A DNA stretch of 54,524 nucleotides, filler included, from Sluysia triapertura (Eukaryota): assembly GCA_046118255.1 (NCBI GenBank). It is 4 parts of 4 records of this genome, joined end to end, with 100 filler letters (N's around TTAATTAATTAA, not from the genome) between each part and the next. Parts side by side here need not be neighbours in the genome. Positions count along the whole stretch, not along the records: positions 39,641 to 54,524 come from JBJNIA010245653.1; 3 more parts are not named here. The stretch is one strand, 5' to 3'. The notes under the pieces are model-generated. The model did not search any database and was not told the DNA's origin. It worked only from the letters and a program-made list of their open reading frames with translations. Position 1 is the first letter of the stretch. The number at the start of each line of letters is the position of its first letter. Below are positions 51,594 through 54,524 of this stretch, in pieces. Position numbers and translations under genes: made by a program.

Positions 51594-53998
51594 TTCACTA
51601 ATAAATTTTTGCTGAAATCACTGATAAAGTTTATTCATCAGTTTTTGACTTTGTGAGACCTAAATTAAAGATAAATTGGAACTTACTTTTATACTCAATA
51701 TCCTTAAAAATACTTCGATAAGTTTAAGAAAATAAAGCACCATAACAAAGCACCGTGAAAATATCTTAAACCAAAATTCCTTGAAAAAAATGAGTCAACG
51801 TAAGAAAGTAAAAAACAGGACATATAAAACATACTCCACTTAATTAGTATGAAAAATGTTTTACTAAATGATAAATAAAATAGAAAATAAAAACTGAATA
51901 TTAACACATTATGAGCGGGGCGGGTATTATTACCCGTTTTATGGACTGTACTTAAGAATACCCACTCATAATGTGTTAATTACAAGCTATAAGAATAAAT
52001 AAATAAATAAATTATATAACCAAAGTTATATTATAGAATAAAATTAATTATTATGTAGAAGAAATGGTCGTATCATCACAAAAATACGTATATTAAGATC
52101 ATATATGTACATTTAAGTACGAAATGAAATTAGCCATATAATAGAATTTACTATAGAAAAGATATTGTAGAATAAACTAAAAAAATTAATTGGCCGCATT
52201 CAGTATAAAACAAAACTTTATTTATTTAAGCACACAAAAAAGGAAAGAGGAATATTTTGTAAAATTGAGTCACTTGGTATCAAGAAAGAATTGGAATCAA
52301 GAAGATAATTTGTATTCAACTAATTTGATTAAATATTAGCTAATTTGAATTTAATATATTTCATTGATAGATACACTACAGAGCAATTTAATTCAGCTAA
52401 TAGTATTCAGCGACTTTTTTCTTTTTTGAAAGTTCTTTTGCCGAATTTTTTTACAGATGACGTAAGTACAATTATTAAATCAACATTTATAAAATATCTA
52501 AATTTAAATTTAATTTGAAAAGTAATTAATATAGATCCCAACTATATGTAATATTTTGTTCTGCAATATGAGATTTTTTATAACAAATATGTTTTCTTAA
52601 ATTTTAATTATTCTTAAGTTTGGTGATAATTGAAATTCTGAATCACAATAATTATTAAAATAATTTCACTTTCAGTTTCACCAACCTCTCCGATATGAGA
52701 TTACTTTCTATGTGATTTGAAATAAAATTTATTTAATGTCACTTAATTATAGAATTGTTAAATTACATTAATGTTAAATTATTGTTAAAATTATATAATG
52801 CTGAATAGTTATTATTATAGAATTATTAATATTAATTTTACTGAATAGTTAAAGAATTATTATAGAATTTATTAGTAGTTATAAAATTTAATGTTGGAAT
52901 TAAATTTATATTATATTAAATTAATATTGGAATTACTATTGGAATTTATTATTGGAATTTATTAGATAAATAGTATTTAATGACCAATAAATTGCATTAT
53001 ATTACCACAATTTTTATCATGTTCATATTGAAATTATTGAAGATTATTGTTAAGTTTATTGAATTATATTCAATTTAATTAAACGTAGAAAGAGAATTCA
53101 ACAATAAACTAATTAAGTAACCTAATATCAAATTTAAAAGAAAAAATATTCTAAATCACCATTAAATTAAGTGTGGTACTCTTACTTTTGTTAAACATAT
53201 TTATATATATAGTTTTGTGTTTTAACTAAGTCTTTTATTTTGTTTAAGTACAAAATAAGAGAATGTTTGAAATGTTAAATTCTTAAAATTAAGTGCATTT
53301 ACATTAGAGACGTGTAGAGACTTTAACCTTCAGAATAACTTTGACAATTCTAAAGAATAGGATTTAAGTAAAGTTTATAAAAATCCAGTAGTAAATAACA
53401 AAATAAAAATTGAACGTAAGACTCAAATTTTGTAAATCGATTTAATTTATTTGAACGAATAAATTTTGATTTAACACAATTATAATCTAATGTTCATATT
53501 CCTTAAGTAAATGTTAATAAAGTTTTTCATTACTGCTAAATTGTTAGTTTAGTGGTATCAGATAATTATATTTTTTAGGTTAGCTTTTTGAGAATTTTAT
53601 AAATAAAAAACCGTTTATGACAATTTTATGGATAAATGTCAAATGAATAAAGCATTCTACCCTTAATCATTTATTTAGAAATTAACTAATAAACATTAAG
53701 CACCGAATTATGCATGTTTATTTTGCTAAATGTCCTAATCAGTAAGACTTTGAGTTGTATTCTTTATATCTAAGTTTTATTGAAAACTTGACTGTTGTAT
53801 TTTAATGAATTAATTTATTTAATTTTATTTATTTATTATTATTAAATTAGGTTATGCTCAATTTTATTAAAAGACGAAGAAGATTATTGGTGTTTAGCAA
53901 ATCAACCATGTTTTCAAGTTCTGTGTTTTATTGCCAATGATAATGTTTCAGGATTTATAGTTAATCCTTCAGAAGAAGAAGAACAAATTATTACAAAT
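40181..53998 (+). CDS. USP34: USP34-like ubiquitin carboxyl-terminal hydrolase, partial and multi-exon
   Basis: Phase-consistent GT-AG exons 40181-40375, 42143-42504, 44630-46687, 47349-47887, 48843-49835, 50338-50795, 51177-51529, 53851-53998. Cys box GIQNLGSTCYL, DQSDMMEFF, His box YKLIGVTVH...GHYYSFI, WYSFND, ECFGG, AYMLFYER; ELRAE block as in USP34. 5' end is missing before the gap and the 3' end is unresolved. Confidence 0.85.
42536..42606. mobile_element. 71-bp TTAA-flanked piggyBac-type MITE (copy 1)
   Basis: TTAA/CACATTATGAGCGGG...CCCGCTCATAATGTG/TTAA, perfect 15-bp TIR. Confidence 0.9.
44630..46687 (+). CDS. USP34: USP34-like exon with Cys box and poly-Asn tract
   Basis: ORF 44643-46691; acceptor tttag/A, donor GA/gtaaaa. 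Confidence 0.92.
45201..45251 (+). repeat. Coding (AAT)16-AAC microsatellite, poly-Asn17
   Basis: In frame within the USP34-like exon. Confidence 0.95.
47349..47887 (+). CDS. USP34: USP34-like exon with His box
   Basis: acag/A acceptor, A/gtaagt donor; REKLNNYFEFPAQLDM and GHYYSFI. Confidence 0.93.
48342..48403. mobile_element. 62-bp TTAA-flanked piggyBac-type MITE, second family
   Basis: TTAA/CGCATTCGTTGCC...GACAGCGAACGTG/TTAA, imperfect 13-bp TIR. Confidence 0.65.
48843..49835 (+). CDS. USP34: USP34-like exon ending the catalytic domain
   Basis: ttcag acceptor; KWYSFND, ECFGG, NAYMLFYER; T/gttagt donor. Confidence 0.92.
51553..51593. repeat. Intronic (AAT)n microsatellite
   Basis: aataataat run just after the 51529 donor. 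Confidence 0.95.
51905..51975. mobile_element. 71-bp TTAA-flanked piggyBac-type MITE (copy 2)
   Basis: Identical to 42536-42606 except one G>A in the right TIR; TTAA on both sides. Confidence 0.9.
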
Positions 53999-54524
53999 GT
54001 AATTTTATTTCAGTTGTCTATTTTTTTATTTTCGTGTGTGAAAATGATTTTGTTGATTTTATTTCAGTTTGCAGTAAATTGACAAAATGACCTAATTATA
54101 TAATTAATGTGCATTATTATTATTATTCCTATTTTAATATAATATGCTAAATAAAAACCAATTTTTCGTTAATTATTGGTTACTTTAAGAACATTATACA
54201 ATATAATAAAAATCCTATATAATTTATATGGAAGGATTGATGGTTGAATTCATTGAAATTTATAGTAATAAAAATTAAAGCATTTATATAACAGTCGAAA
54301 ACATTCACTTAATAGTTTGCTTAAATAGTCTTTCATATTATAAGATTATCTAAGTTTAAGATATTCTTTTCTTAACCCTCTATGGGCCGAATTATTTTCT
54401 TAAATATAAAAAAAATTATTTATTTTGACATTTTAGGTTGATGGTGATTCCAACCGTCATCAAAATTGTTATTGATTATTTCAGAGGTAACATGTAATTA
54501 TGACGTAAAACTATTTGGTAAAAC

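Noticed and set aside
52720-53060. Repeats of ttatagaatt / attggaattt
   Set aside because: Low-complexity intronic sequence without a stable period.
54437-54486. Next USP34 exon candidate
   Set aside because: Its open frame (LMVIPTVIKIV) is out of phase with the 53998 donor and the in-phase frame stops after 12 codons; unresolved.

Overview
Very AT-rich eukaryotic (animal-type) genomic DNA, not prokaryotic: GT-AG introns, no operons, rRNA, tRNA or CRISPR array. Four contig pieces are joined by three artificial 100-bp spacers (N44-TTAATTAATTAA-N44), so adjacency across 13339, 26295 and 39541 is not trustworthy. Genes: a multi-exon USP34-like deubiquitinase (40181 to at least 53998, + strand, splice phases checked by hand); an intronless cytosolic HSP90 locus whose middle and C-terminal domains look intact while the N-terminal ATPase half is disabled; a spliced gene or pseudogene with repeated F5/8-type-C (discoidin/fucolectin-like) modules that the ORF track misses; a motif-degenerate DEAH-helicase-like ORF; and a decayed gene tentatively resembling DNAAF9. 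Mobile DNA: a decayed Maverick/Polinton (PolB, exonuclease-like ORF, adenain protease), a Ty3/Gypsy gag with LTR and PBS, L2/Crack LINE fragments, and Tigger, piggyBac (TTAA) and hAT MITEs. The most notable observations are two diverged solo-LTR-like elements that both keep a 5-6-unit heat-shock element next to a TATA-like box, the half-dead HSP90, and a dispersed, unassigned ORF family with several decayed copies. All family calls come from motif recognition by eye; no searches were run.
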